This document shows, one piece after another, positions 17,130 to 27,095 of a DNA stretch of 51,893 nt (position 1 is the stretch's first letter; each line of letters begins with the position of its first letter). The stretch comes from Candidatus Thorarchaeota archaeon (lineage in GTDB: Archaea > Asgardarchaeota > Thorarchaeia > Thorarchaeales > Thorarchaeaceae). Made by a program: the position numbers and the translations under genes. Location: contig JBHLRZ010000024.1 of the NCBI GenBank assembly GCA_048882045.1, positions 1 through 51,893 on the forward strand, in the 5' to 3' direction. Under the pieces are notes generated by a model. The model was given only the letters and a program-made list of their open reading frames with translations. It was not told where the DNA came from and did no database searches.

Positions 17130-18533
17130 ATGACAGAATCAGAAGTTGTTCCAACTGATAGAAAAGAACGATTTGGTTGGTATTTGTATGATCTAGCAAA
17201 CACTAGCTTTACAGTTCTTATAGTAACAGCATTGTTTCCACTATATTTCAGAGTACTTGTCTGGAATGAAACTCTTGGAGATGCTTTGTGGGGCTACGCC
17301 GGTAGCGTGACAATGCTGATAATAGCACTTACAGCTCCAATACTTGGAGCGATTGCTGACTTTGGAGGAACAAAGAAGAAGTTTGTAATCTTCTATACAT
17401 CTGTATGTATTGCTCTAACTTCATTCATGGTGTTCCTTCCAGGTCTCACGCAGTCACAAATTGACACAATTCCAGATATACGACCTCCTAGCCCATTACC
17501 TCTTTTCGACTTTCCACCCTTCCTAGGTTTGGACATCTGGGTCTGGGCTTGGATCATTTTCATTGTCGCAAACGTTGGATTCCAAGGTGCATTACCCTTT
17601 TACAACGCTTGGTTGCCAGAGATTAGCACTGAGGAGAACATCGGTAGAATAGGGGGCTATGGCTTTGCAGCTGGATATGTTGGAGCTATGGCTACAATTG
17701 TCATTGCTCTAGGAGTTATCCTAGCTGATCTTCCTTACACATACGCATTCTTTGCAAGTGCAATATTCTTTCTTGTCTTTGCTATACCAAGTATCAAATG
17801 GTTAAAGAACAGACCTCCGAAAGTATTTCCAGGAGAAGAAGGTAAATCTCTAGTCAGTTTAGGCTATGGAAGAGTGCGTAACACTCTACGGCACATCCGA
17901 GATTACAAAGGGCTGCCTCTCTTTCTAGTTGCATACTTTCTCTTTAGCGACGCAATCACTACCGTGATTTACTATGCCGCGATTTTTGGACAAGCTGTGT
18001 ACATGTTCAGTACAACAATGATACTTGTTTTCTTCGCTGTGACTCAACTCGCTGCAATACCTGGGGCTTTCGTCTTTGGGGTCGTGGCTGATCGAATTGG
18101 AACAAAGAAGACACTGATTATCACACTTTTCATCTGGGTGATTGCATTAGCACTTGCCTACTTGTTTGTCGCATATGGAGCACTTGTGTGGTGGACAGTT
18201 GGTATGATTGCTGGTGTGGGTATGGGCTCATCCCAGAGCACTGCTCGTAGCATGTATGGACAGTTTATACCAGAGGACAAAAAATCAGAGATGTACGGGT
18301 TCTATGCACTGACTGGAAAGTTTGCAGCCATTTTAGGACCATTCGTGTATGCTAGCGTACTCTTGCTTGCCAATCCGACCCAGAGTGCTGCACTGGTAGC
18401 TCAGTCACATCTAACGGCTATGCTGGTCATTCTGTTATTCTTCGTAGTTGCAATTCTCCTTCTATTGAAAGTACGACAACCAGTAAAGGGAGAAGCGAAG
18501 GTCTACTTGGAAGACGATCAACCATTTGTCTAA
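17130..18533 (+). CDS. MFS transporter, UMF1/Atg22-like family
   Basis: WYLYDLANT, P.LGAIAD..G.KK, FYNA.LP, G...GY.G, ~12 TM. Confidence 0.9.
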   Translation: MTESEVVPTDRKERFGWYLYDLANTSFTVLIVTALFPLYFRVLVWNETLGDALWGYAGSVTMLIIALTAPILGAIADFGGTKKKFVIFYTSVCIALTSFMVFLPGLTQSQIDTIPDIRPPSPLPLFDFPPFLGLDIWVWAWIIFIVANVGFQGALPFYNAWLPEISTEENIGRIGGYGFAAGYVGAMATIVIALGVILADLPYTYAFFASAIFFLVFAIPSIKWLKNRPPKVFPGEEGKSLVSLGYGRVRNTLRHIRDYKGLPLFLVAYFLFSDAITTVIYYAAIFGQAVYMFSTTMILVFFAVTQLAAIPGAFVFGVVADRIGTKKTLIITLFIWVIALALAYLFVAYGALVWWTVGMIAGVGMGSSQSTARSMYGQFIPEDKKSEMYGFYALTGKFAAILGPFVYASVLLLANPTQSAALVAQSHLTAMLVILLFFVVAILLLLKVRQPVKGEAKVYLEDDQPFV

Positions 18534-18543
18534 TAGATAAACG

Positions 18544-18574
18544 GATTCCCCCTCTGATTCCAGAGGTGGGAATC
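18544..18574. terminator. Hairpin between convergent genes
   Basis: GATTCCC-CCTCTG-ATTC-CAGAGG-T-GGGAATC. Confidence 0.65.
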
Positions 18575-18623
18575 TTCGGATTTTTCTCGAATCATTGCGA
18601 CTGATTGTCGGGGCGTTGTCCAA

Positions 18624-19568
18624 CTAGAGTAGTGGAACGACTTTCTCACCAAACATCTTGATTTGCTGTCGTTCTTCATCGTATGGAAACATCAGGATTA
18701 TGTCAGACACTCCCTGGTCCTGATACTTGCCAAGCTGGTCAGCAATCATTTCGGGAGTTCCCCAGAGTGAAGTCTTTATTCTCTTGCGATAAGCCTCCTC
18801 AGTGATTCCACGTGACGCTGCACCTCTCTTGATTTGATCATTCATCTCAGATTCCGACTCTAGAATACGTGTCCAGCAACCAACCGATTTCAGAATTTTC
18901 TCAGGATTTCTTCCTTTCTTATCAGCAAACTCAGCCAATTGCTTGAATATTTCATCAGTCTTCTCCGGGTCGAATCCCCAGGCAACATTGATACCATCGC
19001 CATACTGCGCAGCTAGTTCAATCATGCGAGGTCCTCCCATATTTGAACCGACCCAAATAGTGGGATGAGGTTTCTGTACGGGTTTTGGATATGATACTAG
19101 CTCTTCAACAGAATAGTAGTCCCCTTTGAAAGTAAATTTCTCCTCAGTCCATGCACCTCGGATGATTTGAATAGCCTCCGTTAATTGCTTCATCCTGATT
19201 GGAAACTCAGGGAAATCATATCCATATGCCTTATACTCAAGCTCTTTCCATCCAGCACCAATTCCGAACTCAAGTCGTCCATTTGAGAGGACATCGATTG
19301 TTGCACCCATCTTTGCCAGAAGAGCAGGATTTCGATAGCTATTACAAAATACCAGACTACCTACTCGTATCTTGCTATTATCTCGCACCAATGTCGTCAT
19401 AATCAACCATGGATCCAGCAGAACTTTGTCGGTAGCATCAGCATCCAACATGAAGTGGTCCGAGAACCAAGTCACCTCAAATCCATTTTCTAGTGCCTTC
19501 TCAGATACATCTAGTACATCGTTGTACTCAAAGCCAAACTGTGGTTCAATCTGAACTCCAAATCTCAA
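18624..19568 (-). CDS. LLM-class (probably F420-dependent) oxidoreductase
   Basis: W.SDH, DPW, YRNPALLAKM..T.D..S.GR...G.GAGW, PKPVQKPHP. Confidence 0.92.
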   Translation of the reverse strand: MRFGVQIEPQFGFEYNDVLDVSEKALENGFEVTWFSDHFMLDADATDKVLLDPWLIMTTLVRDNSKIRVGSLVFCNSYRNPALLAKMGATIDVLSNGRLEFGIGAGWKELEYKAYGYDFPEFPIRMKQLTEAIQIIRGAWTEEKFTFKGDYYSVEELVSYPKPVQKPHPTIWVGSNMGGPRMIELAAQYGDGINVAWGFDPEKTDEIFKQLAEFADKKGRNPEKILKSVGCWTRILESESEMNDQIKRGAASRGITEEAYRKRIKTSLWGTPEMIADQLGKYQDQGVSDIILMFPYDEERQQIKMFGEKVVPLL

Positions 19569-19573
19569 ATCAT

Positions 19574-20032
19574 CTACTCCGACCTAGCCTTATCCTCCAT
19601 ATCAACTACGATTCTAACTGCATCCTCAACAAACTGAGGGCAAACCTTATGGAAATGACCCTTTTCTATAGCATCATCCCGTGCTTCTTTGTCAGCCATT
19701 GTCACACCTGTAAGAGAATCACAGATGATGGTGTCATGTTTTTTCTTGAATTTGTACATGAATTTGATTGCAGATGTATAGGTTGCTTCTTTGTGTTCTT
19801 TCACATCAACGATTCTCTGTTTGTTTAGAACACCAAACGCTGCTACTGCGCCTACGACAGCACCACAAACATTACCTTGTAGACCTATACCTCCACCCAT
19901 TCCAGCGATAGTGTATACAGCGTCATCAAAATACAGACCATAGTTCTCTAATACAGAGTGAAGAACAGCCTGTGCACAGTTGTGGTCTTCATCGAAATAT
20001 CCCATTGCATTTGCTACTGTTACTTCAATCAT
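19574..20032 (-). CDS. C-GCAxxG-C-C family putative redox protein
   Basis: NCAQAV, GGG.G....VCGAV.G, IC..L, C motifs. Confidence 0.9.
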   Translation of the reverse strand: MIEVTVANAMGYFDEDHNCAQAVLHSVLENYGLYFDDAVYTIAGMGGGIGLQGNVCGAVVGAVAAFGVLNKQRIVDVKEHKEATYTSAIKFMYKFKKKHDTIICDSLTGVTMADKEARDDAIEKGHFHKVCPQFVEDAVRIVVDMEDKARSE

Positions 20033-20152
20033 TGTTAATCTCCCAGCTTGCAGTGGATGAGAAGGACCATATCAATTCTTTCTATAGCGTGATATCTCTC
20101 CAACCGAAAGAATTACACTGGTTCACGTAAGGGTGTGGTTGTTGGGATTCAA

Positions 20153-20857
20153 ATGGACAACGATTCTTTCCGCGACTTTTTAACTAAGAAGAAGAAGAAA
20201 TCGAAGTCTGCTGCGGAATCTATCATAGAGATTTTGGACGAGTATGACTCGTATCTTGTTGAGGAAGGAATTGCGATTGATGTAGCTCTACCCAATGATT
20301 TGGATCAATTCGTTCTTTGGGTTGAAAACGATCTTGGGGAGAAAGCAAACAGACGCCTCTGGGGAATCTCTGTCTTGTATGAATTCTTGGAACAATCAGA
20401 AATGGCAAGATATGCTAGATCATTACGAGGAAAGAGAATAAAACCAACACCCTTCCTTCTCGCAAAGTTTCGCGGCGTAAACAAAGAGTATGTTAATCGA
20501 CTAGAACAACTTGGTATCTTGAATGTTAATCAAATGATTGAGAGAGGAAATACCCCTGCGAAAAGGAGGGTGATTTCAAAAGAATCTGGAATCCCTCTTG
20601 ACTCAGTGCTTGAATTCGTCAAATTGTCTGATCTGACTCGAATAGGGGCTGTAAGGGCAGTCAGAGCTAGACTCTATCATGATTCCGGAGTTGACACCAT
20701 TGATAAAATGGCGCGGTATGATCCGATTGAACTCAGGTCGTATCTACAGAAGTGGATTGAGAACACCAGATTCGATGGAATCGCTCCATTACCGAAGGAA
20801 GCAGCAAATGCTGTGAAAGCTGCAAAAAGGCTGCCTAGGTTAGTGGAGTATGAATGA
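20153..20857 (+). CDS. DUF4332 domain protein with N-terminal helical domain
   Basis: L...GI....M, SDL.RI..V....ARL..DSGVDT...A. Confidence 0.75.
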   Translation: MDNDSFRDFLTKKKKKSKSAAESIIEILDEYDSYLVEEGIAIDVALPNDLDQFVLWVENDLGEKANRRLWGISVLYEFLEQSEMARYARSLRGKRIKPTPFLLAKFRGVNKEYVNRLEQLGILNVNQMIERGNTPAKRRVISKESGIPLDSVLEFVKLSDLTRIGAVRAVRARLYHDSGVDTIDKMARYDPIELRSYLQKWIENTRFDGIAPLPKEAANAVKAAKRLPRLVEYE

Positions 20858-21337
20858 TCAGGCAAGAGGACTATTACTGGTTGGCGGGTTCAGTCTACTG
20901 AACAACGAAACACCAACGATAAGTACTGCTAGACCGATCATGATGATTCCAAACCCTATATTTTGCATAGATTCGCCCATTATTGTGAATCCTCTGAGGA
21001 TATAGCCTGCAATGATGAGGATGAAACCAGCTAATGCGACAGTCTTGGAAGCTTTTGTGTCTTTTACAATAATCTCTGGACCAGTATCTGCAGGAGCCAT
21101 AATTGGTGCGTCAGAAACCTTAACATCTGAAAGGTAGAAGCGTGAACCATCATCAGAGAACTTCCCTTCAAGAGAACCCTCTGAAACTAGTTCTTGCAGC
21201 GCTATTCTAGCCTCTTCTTCTTCCATTCCTGTCAATTGGGAGATTGTTTCAATTGAGCTAATCTTATCCTCCAAGACGACCCGTGATAGTCTAGTCTTCA
21301 TTTCTGCAGGAATTTGCTTGGAGCTCTCAATGATCAT
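20858..21337 (-). CDS. PCI-like winged-helix domain plus two C-terminal TM helices
   Basis: I..ISQ.TGM....A...L.ELV.EG.L.G.F..DG..F pattern; 2 TM. Confidence 0.6.
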   Translation of the reverse strand: MIIESSKQIPAEMKTRLSRVVLEDKISSIETISQLTGMEEEEARIALQELVSEGSLEGKFSDDGSRFYLSDVKVSDAPIMAPADTGPEIIVKDTKASKTVALAGFILIIAGYILRGFTIMGESMQNIGFGIIMIGLAVLIVGVSLFSRLNPPTSNSPLA

Positions 21338-21616
21338 CGTAATATCACGTCTAGAAACAGTAATGATTACTATATAACCTAAAGGCACTACGCAGGCTCA
21401 CAATAGAGGGTCCTATACAGAGTACACTCGATTTTACTTTTACTATCGTTTGAGTAAAAACATCGTTGTTTGCAGTAATGAATTTCGCTAATTCTGAAGC
21501 TAAATTCCACGAATCTTTTAAGGAGATGGTTGCTATTTGGATTGAACTACGGGACTTGATTTTCAAGTGCCTTTGGTTTTGGTTCATTATTCGAACCTTT
21601 GCAAGGAGACGAAATA

Positions 21617-22714
21617 ATGGTAAGTAAAGGAACAATGGCCGCCATTGTTGTTGTCATCATTATTATTGGTGGCGCAGGGGCTTACATCATCATGTTTAAC
21701 CCCTTCGGTCCCCAACCAAACCCATATGATGTAGCAGTCGTATTTGCTACTGGTGGACTTGGTGACAAGAGCTTCAATGACGGAGTAATGCGAGGCATGG
21801 AGAATGCTGCTGACGATTTAGGCATCACATTCACCTGGGCCGAACCGACAGCAATTTCTGACTATGAACCGTTTCTCAGAGGATTTGCGCAACATGCTCA
21901 ATATATCGAACCATACGATCTAATCATTGGTATAGGATTTGACCAAGAGGTCCCAATGCAGACTGTTGCCAACGAATCAACTGATCAGAAGTTCGCTATT
22001 CTGGACATGTTCATCGATCCTATAGTCTATCCGAACGTTGCATCACTGCTGTTCGATGAGCATGAAGGCTCTGCGCTTGTTGGAGCAATTGCAGGTTTGA
22101 CAACCACAACTGACAAGATTGGTTTTGTTGGTGGAATGGATATTCCATTGATCAACAAATTTGCCGCTGGTTACTTCTTTGGCGCAAATTACACCAACCC
22201 AATGATTGATGGTAGTAACATCACCATTGCATACACAAATGATTGGGTTGACACTACAGCAGGTCAGACTCTAGCTGACGGTATGTACGATGCAGGTGCA
22301 GATATTGTATTTGGAGCAGCTGGTCGTGCAGGCCTAGGAGTGTTTGACAGTGTCAAAGATAAGAACGCTACCTCAAGTGTTCCACTCTGGTGTATTGGTG
22401 TTGATGATGCGCAGATGTACCTAGGTACAGCTGATCCAACAGATCCACAACCTCCAACTCTATGTCTCACTTCAATGTTGAAGAAGGTCTGGGTTGCAGT
22501 CTATACAGTCATTGAAGACTGGGTTATTGATGGTACATGGAATACCGGTTTCGACCTACTATATGCATTCAACCTAGCAAACGATGGTGTTGGATACGAA
22601 GTTAACACTGATCTGTTGACACTGGATCCATCAATCATTTCTGCAGTTGAAGCTTTGAAGGCTGATATCATCGCTGGCACGATTACCGTACCCGATGCAA
22701 TCTACTGGACATAA
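21617..22714 (+). CDS. BMP family ABC transporter substrate-binding protein (nucleoside-type)
   Basis: GGLGDKSFN, F.EHEGS.LVG, KIGFVGG, GADIVF.AAG..G.G, IGVD.., TSMLK. Confidence 0.95.
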   Translation: MVSKGTMAAIVVVIIIIGGAGAYIIMFNPFGPQPNPYDVAVVFATGGLGDKSFNDGVMRGMENAADDLGITFTWAEPTAISDYEPFLRGFAQHAQYIEPYDLIIGIGFDQEVPMQTVANESTDQKFAILDMFIDPIVYPNVASLLFDEHEGSALVGAIAGLTTTTDKIGFVGGMDIPLINKFAAGYFFGANYTNPMIDGSNITIAYTNDWVDTTAGQTLADGMYDAGADIVFGAAGRAGLGVFDSVKDKNATSSVPLWCIGVDDAQMYLGTADPTDPQPPTLCLTSMLKKVWVAVYTVIEDWVIDGTWNTGFDLLYAFNLANDGVGYEVNTDLLTLDPSIISAVEALKADIIAGTITVPDAIYWT

Positions 22715-22723
22715 AGTAAAATG

Positions 22724-22760
22724 AGAGGGGCTCGCCCCTCTTCCTCTTCTTTTTCTCATT
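22724..22760 (+). terminator. Hairpin plus U-rich tract after the BMP gene
   Basis: AGAGGGG-CTCG-CCCCTCT followed by TCCTCTTCTTTTTCTC. Confidence 0.65.
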
Positions 22761-22864
22761 TTCTGTTAACCGTAGCGTTAATTAGTATGACATACACGCC
22801 CTATCGAAATGGGGAATCTATTTGCATCCCGGTGGATTGAACTTCAAAATGAGAGGTCGTCTTC

Positions 22865-24466
22865 ATGAGTAGCGAGTATGCCGTAGAACTTGAAGGAATC
22901 TTCAAAACATTTCCTGGTGGTGTTGAAGCAAATAAGGACATAACAATCAAAGTTCGCAAAGGCGAGGTGATGGGGCTTCTTGGAGAAAATGGTGCTGGTA
23001 AGAGTACACTGATGAACATACTCTATGGGTTACTAAAGCCAGACGCTGGACGGATCGTCATCAATGGTGAAGAGGTTGAACTCGAATCCCCACAAGATGC
23101 TATTGTTCGAGGGGTCGGTATGGTTCACCAACACTTCAAACTAATACCAGTATTGACAGTGACTGAAAATGTTGTGCTAGGTATGGAACCCATACTGAGG
23201 AGAATGGATCCTCTAAGTATGCCTGGTGGTAGGACAATAGGTAGAGTAATGCCCATTGATTTTTGGAAAGCTGCAAAAAGAATCAAAGAGATAGGGGATG
23301 AAAATGGATTACCTGTGGACCCCAAGGCAAAGATACGAGATTTGTCAGTTGGTCTCCAACAAAGGGTAGAAATCATCAAGATGCTCTATCGTGAGGCGGA
23401 TATCCTCATTCTGGATGAACCAACCTCGGTTCTTACTCCACATGAGGTTGATGAGCTATTCGTCACACTCAAAGAATTTGTAGATGCTGGAAAGACGATA
23501 ATTCTGATTACTCACAAATTAAGGGAAACTATGGCTCTTTGTGATAGAATCGCTGTTCTCCGTGATGGAGAACTAGTTGGAGTTGTAAAAAAGGAAGACA
23601 CATCTCGAGCGCAGCTTGCTCAGATGATGGTTGGACGTCCAGTTGTCTTTACGACTGAAAAGGAGCCAAAACAACCAGGGGATGTTGTTCTCTCAGTAAA
23701 CAACCTCGTTGTGCTTGATAATAGACGGATTGAGAAAGTAAAGGGCATGAGTTTCGAGGTTCGAGCTGGTGAGATTTTCGGGATAGCAGGTGTGCAAGGT
23801 AATGGACAGACAGAACTAGTTGAAGCCCTTACTGGGTTGAGAAAGACTGAATCTGGTCAAGTCACCATGATTGGCAAGGACATTACGGGGAAAAAACCAA
23901 GAGTCGTCAGGGAGGCAGGCATCAGCCATATTCCTGAGGACAGACACAAGAGGGGTATCATCCTTCCATTCTCGATCGAGGAGAATATCGCACTAGGGAC
24001 TCACTATCGCGACCCTTTTGCGGGAGGTCCCGGACATCTAGTGTTGGAAATGGATAGCATCCACGAAGTTACCAAGGACCTTGTTAAGGATTATTCAATC
24101 AAGTTGTCAAGTGTTGAGGCTTTGGCATCGACCTTGTCTGGTGGGAATCAACAAAAGGTAGTAGTGGCAAGAGAATTAGCTACAAATCCCCTACTTGTCA
24201 TTGCGTCTCAACCCACCAGAGGTCTTGATGTTGGAGCAACTGAATACATTCACAAAGTTCTGATTGGGTTGAGAGATGCAGGTGTGGCTGTGCTTCTTGT
24301 TTCAGCTGAACTAGATGAGATTCTCAACCTAGCTGACCGTATAGGTGTAATCTATGATGGCCAAATGGCAGCAATCAAAATGCCTGGAGAAGCGACGCCA
24401 ACTGAACTTGGACTTCTAATGGCGGGTCAGGCTGAAGGTGAATCAGAGGAGGAGGTGCCTGCATAA
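22865..24466 (+). CDS. ABC transporter ATP-binding protein with two NBDs (CUT2/nucleoside)
   Basis: GENGAGKST, VHQHF, LSVG..QRVEI, LDEPT, LSGGNQQK, QPTRGLD. Confidence 0.95.
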   Translation: MSSEYAVELEGIFKTFPGGVEANKDITIKVRKGEVMGLLGENGAGKSTLMNILYGLLKPDAGRIVINGEEVELESPQDAIVRGVGMVHQHFKLIPVLTVTENVVLGMEPILRRMDPLSMPGGRTIGRVMPIDFWKAAKRIKEIGDENGLPVDPKAKIRDLSVGLQQRVEIIKMLYREADILILDEPTSVLTPHEVDELFVTLKEFVDAGKTIILITHKLRETMALCDRIAVLRDGELVGVVKKEDTSRAQLAQMMVGRPVVFTTEKEPKQPGDVVLSVNNLVVLDNRRIEKVKGMSFEVRAGEIFGIAGVQGNGQTELVEALTGLRKTESGQVTMIGKDITGKKPRVVREAGISHIPEDRHKRGIILPFSIEENIALGTHYRDPFAGGPGHLVLEMDSIHEVTKDLVKDYSIKLSSVEALASTLSGGNQQKVVVARELATNPLLVIASQPTRGLDVGATEYIHKVLIGLRDAGVAVLLVSAELDEILNLADRIGVIYDGQMAAIKMPGEATPTELGLLMAGQAEGESEEEVPA

Positions 24467-25965
24467 TGGGTGAAATATCTGAAGAGCTGGCTGTTGAAGC
24501 TGGAGAGAGTTCGAGAGTAGAAGCTGTATTCCAGGGACTTATTGACAATCTGACAAGTAAAGAATTCAGAAACCAAGTCATCTGGTCAATTGGTTCTGTT
24601 GTTCTAGCTTTGATTGTTGCAGCGGTGATTATGACCATGGGTGGATACAATCCAGGTGCTGCTTTTTTGTGGTTGGCAGTTGGAGCATTCAGCCAATTTG
24701 ATTTGGTTCTATGGTATGCTTCTCCGTTGATCATCGCAGGATTGTCTGTTGCACTGGCATTTCGATGCGGGCTCTTTAACATAGGAGCAGAGGGACAATT
24801 GTACATCGGCGCTATGGCAGCAGCATTGATGGCATATCTCTTCACAATGCCATATGTGATTCATCCAATAGTATGTCTCGCGGTAGGTGTTCTCGCTGGA
24901 GCACTGTGGGGATTCGTTCCCGGTCTATTGAAGGCTTACCGTGGAGCTCATGAGGTTGTAACCACAATGATGTTGAGTTACACTGCTATCCTGTTCACAA
25001 GTTGGCTGGTTGGTCCCAATGGCCCATTTTGGGATGGGAGTATGGTTCCACAGACTCCCAAGTTTGAAGACACTGCTCTACTTCCAGTACTCTTTGGGTA
25101 CAATCTCCACTTTGGATTCATCATCGCGCTAATGGCTGTCTTTGTTATCGATTACTTCATCAATCGTACTGTACTCGGTTTTGAACTCAGAGCTGTAGGT
25201 CATAATATTGACGCTGCAGAGTTTGCAGGCATTGATAGCAAAAAGAAAGTAGCGACAACCTTGGCAATCAGCGGAGGTCTCTCTGGACTTGCGGGTTCAA
25301 CAGAGATCATTGGTACGTATGATAGATTCATTGCCAACTGGAGCGCGGGAATTGGCTGGGATGGAATCACTGTCGCAGTCCTAGGCAACAATAATCCATG
25401 GGGAGTTCTGGTTGGTGGAATATTCTTTGGTGCATTGAAAGCAGGCGGCAACACTATGCAAGTAATTGCACGGGTACCAGTTGAAATGGTTCAGGTAATT
25501 CAGGGACTCATAGTACTCTTCGTTGCCGCTCCAAGAATCATCTCTTGGCTTAAGGACCATACAGTCGATGTTCAGGAAGATGCACAGAAAGAGCCAGTAA
25601 AGGTCATTCCAAGGTTATTGGTGTCCATCTTTGGATTAGCATCAGTATTCTTGGGACTTGGTGTGTCACGCATAATCCTAATCACAGCTGTTCTGACTCC
25701 TGTAGTAGCATTCGCGGCTTTCACACTCATGATCGTTGCAGTGACTGGAGTACTCGTTTTCATCGCGGCATATTCTAAGAATCCACGAGGTGAATTGCTT
25801 CTTCTGCTAACAGCAATAGGATGGGTCATTGGTGGGGTTACGTTCTACATAGGTTCTGGAACCCTTGACGTGACCTCATTCCTAATGGGTGGACTGTCCT
25901 TTGTATTCTGGGTTTTCATGAGAATGCTTGCCAAGACTAATCAAGAGGGAGGTGTTGTTCAATGA
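24466..25965 (+). CDS. ABC transporter permease 1 (nucleoside-type) with extra C-terminal TM extension
   Basis: GLFNIGAEGQ, EVVTTMM, G.ELRA.G.N..AA..AGI, G.GWDGI.VA.LG. Confidence 0.93.
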   Translation: MGEISEELAVEAGESSRVEAVFQGLIDNLTSKEFRNQVIWSIGSVVLALIVAAVIMTMGGYNPGAAFLWLAVGAFSQFDLVLWYASPLIIAGLSVALAFRCGLFNIGAEGQLYIGAMAAALMAYLFTMPYVIHPIVCLAVGVLAGALWGFVPGLLKAYRGAHEVVTTMMLSYTAILFTSWLVGPNGPFWDGSMVPQTPKFEDTALLPVLFGYNLHFGFIIALMAVFVIDYFINRTVLGFELRAVGHNIDAAEFAGIDSKKKVATTLAISGGLSGLAGSTEIIGTYDRFIANWSAGIGWDGITVAVLGNNNPWGVLVGGIFFGALKAGGNTMQVIARVPVEMVQVIQGLIVLFVAAPRIISWLKDHTVDVQEDAQKEPVKVIPRLLVSIFGLASVFLGLGVSRIILITAVLTPVVAFAAFTLMIVAVTGVLVFIAAYSKNPRGELLLLLTAIGWVIGGVTFYIGSGTLDVTSFLMGGLSFVFWVFMRMLAKTNQEGGVVQ

Positions 25966-27014
25966 GCAAAACTTTCATCTCGAAACTTCTGGACTGGTTC
26001 AAAGCACACCTGAGATATGTGATCATCCTCCTAGTCATTTTGATTGGTGTTTCAGCAATACTCACATTCCCAGAGGATCAACAGAACGTTTTGGGGTGGC
26101 TAGTCTCAATAACCATGCAGATGGCAACTCCACTTGTTCTTACAGGACTTGGCGGCATGTTCAGTGAGCGTGGTGGAGTCGTTAACATTGGGCTCGAGGG
26201 CATGATGCTTATGGGAGCATACACTGGAGCTGCTGTGGCATGGTATATCGGAGATCCATTTCTGGGTGTCTTGGCAGCCTGTACTGCAGGTGCACTTCTG
26301 GCAGCAGTTCATGGAGTGATTTGTGTCAAGTTTAAAGGAGACCACATTGTTAGCGGGACTGGAGTGATCCTCTTCGGAACGGGTTTCTCCACAATCATGC
26401 TTGAACTGACTTGGAAACAGAAAGGCCAAGGAGAGCTTGTGACGAATACGATTCCTGACATTATCATTCCACCGATACAAGACCATCCATTCTTCGGACC
26501 AGCATTCAGTGTGATATCGCCAGTTGTGATTTTCATGTTCGTTATAACCATCATCAGCTGGTATGTTCTGTATCGAACCCCATTTGGACTTCGACTACGA
26601 GCAGCAGGCGAGGATCCAAGTACTCTTGATTCAGCTGGAGCTAGTGTAGAGTGGACCCGAATGATTGGAGTCATCATCAGTGGGGCTTTTGCAGGTTTGG
26701 GAGGGGCATATCTGTCAATAGGATTTGGTTCAGCATTTGCTAAACAAATGACTTCAGGGAGAGGATTCATTGCACTGGCTGCGATGATCTTTGGAAATTG
26801 GACACCTACTGGCGTTCTCGGAGCAGGCCTGTTCTTCGGATTTCTAGACGGACTAAACTACTTCATCCAAATCTACTTCCCCTCACTACTCCCATTCTCG
26901 AATTTCATTGCAATGCTGCCATTCGTATTGGTCGTAGTAGCACTCGGATTGATTCGAAGATCAGTTCCACCGAAAGCAATCGCTGTTCCCTACGAGAAAG
27001 AGAAGAAGGGTTAG
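25962..27014 (+). CDS. ABC transporter permease 2
   Basis: SERGGVVNIGLEG, GLRLRAAGE, GRGFIALAA.IFG.W. Confidence 0.95.
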   Translation: MSKTFISKLLDWFKAHLRYVIILLVILIGVSAILTFPEDQQNVLGWLVSITMQMATPLVLTGLGGMFSERGGVVNIGLEGMMLMGAYTGAAVAWYIGDPFLGVLAACTAGALLAAVHGVICVKFKGDHIVSGTGVILFGTGFSTIMLELTWKQKGQGELVTNTIPDIIIPPIQDHPFFGPAFSVISPVVIFMFVITIISWYVLYRTPFGLRLRAAGEDPSTLDSAGASVEWTRMIGVIISGAFAGLGGAYLSIGFGSAFAKQMTSGRGFIALAAMIFGNWTPTGVLGAGLFFGFLDGLNYFIQIYFPSLLPFSNFIAMLPFVLVVVALGLIRRSVPPKAIAVPYEKEKKG

Positions 27015-27016
27015 GA

Positions 27017-27035
27017 ATCCTCCACTACGGAGGAT
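27017..27035 (+). terminator. Hairpin after the ABC operon
   Basis: ATCCTCC-ACTAC-GGAGGAT. Confidence 0.5.
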
Positions 27036-27095
27036 CCTCCCTCTCATCTGTGCTACAATTTATGTAGGATTGGACGTAATCACGCTCGGATTGAA

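Noticed and set aside
20153-20857. Integrase or mobile element
   Set aside because: No catalytic recombinase domain, att sites or cargo context
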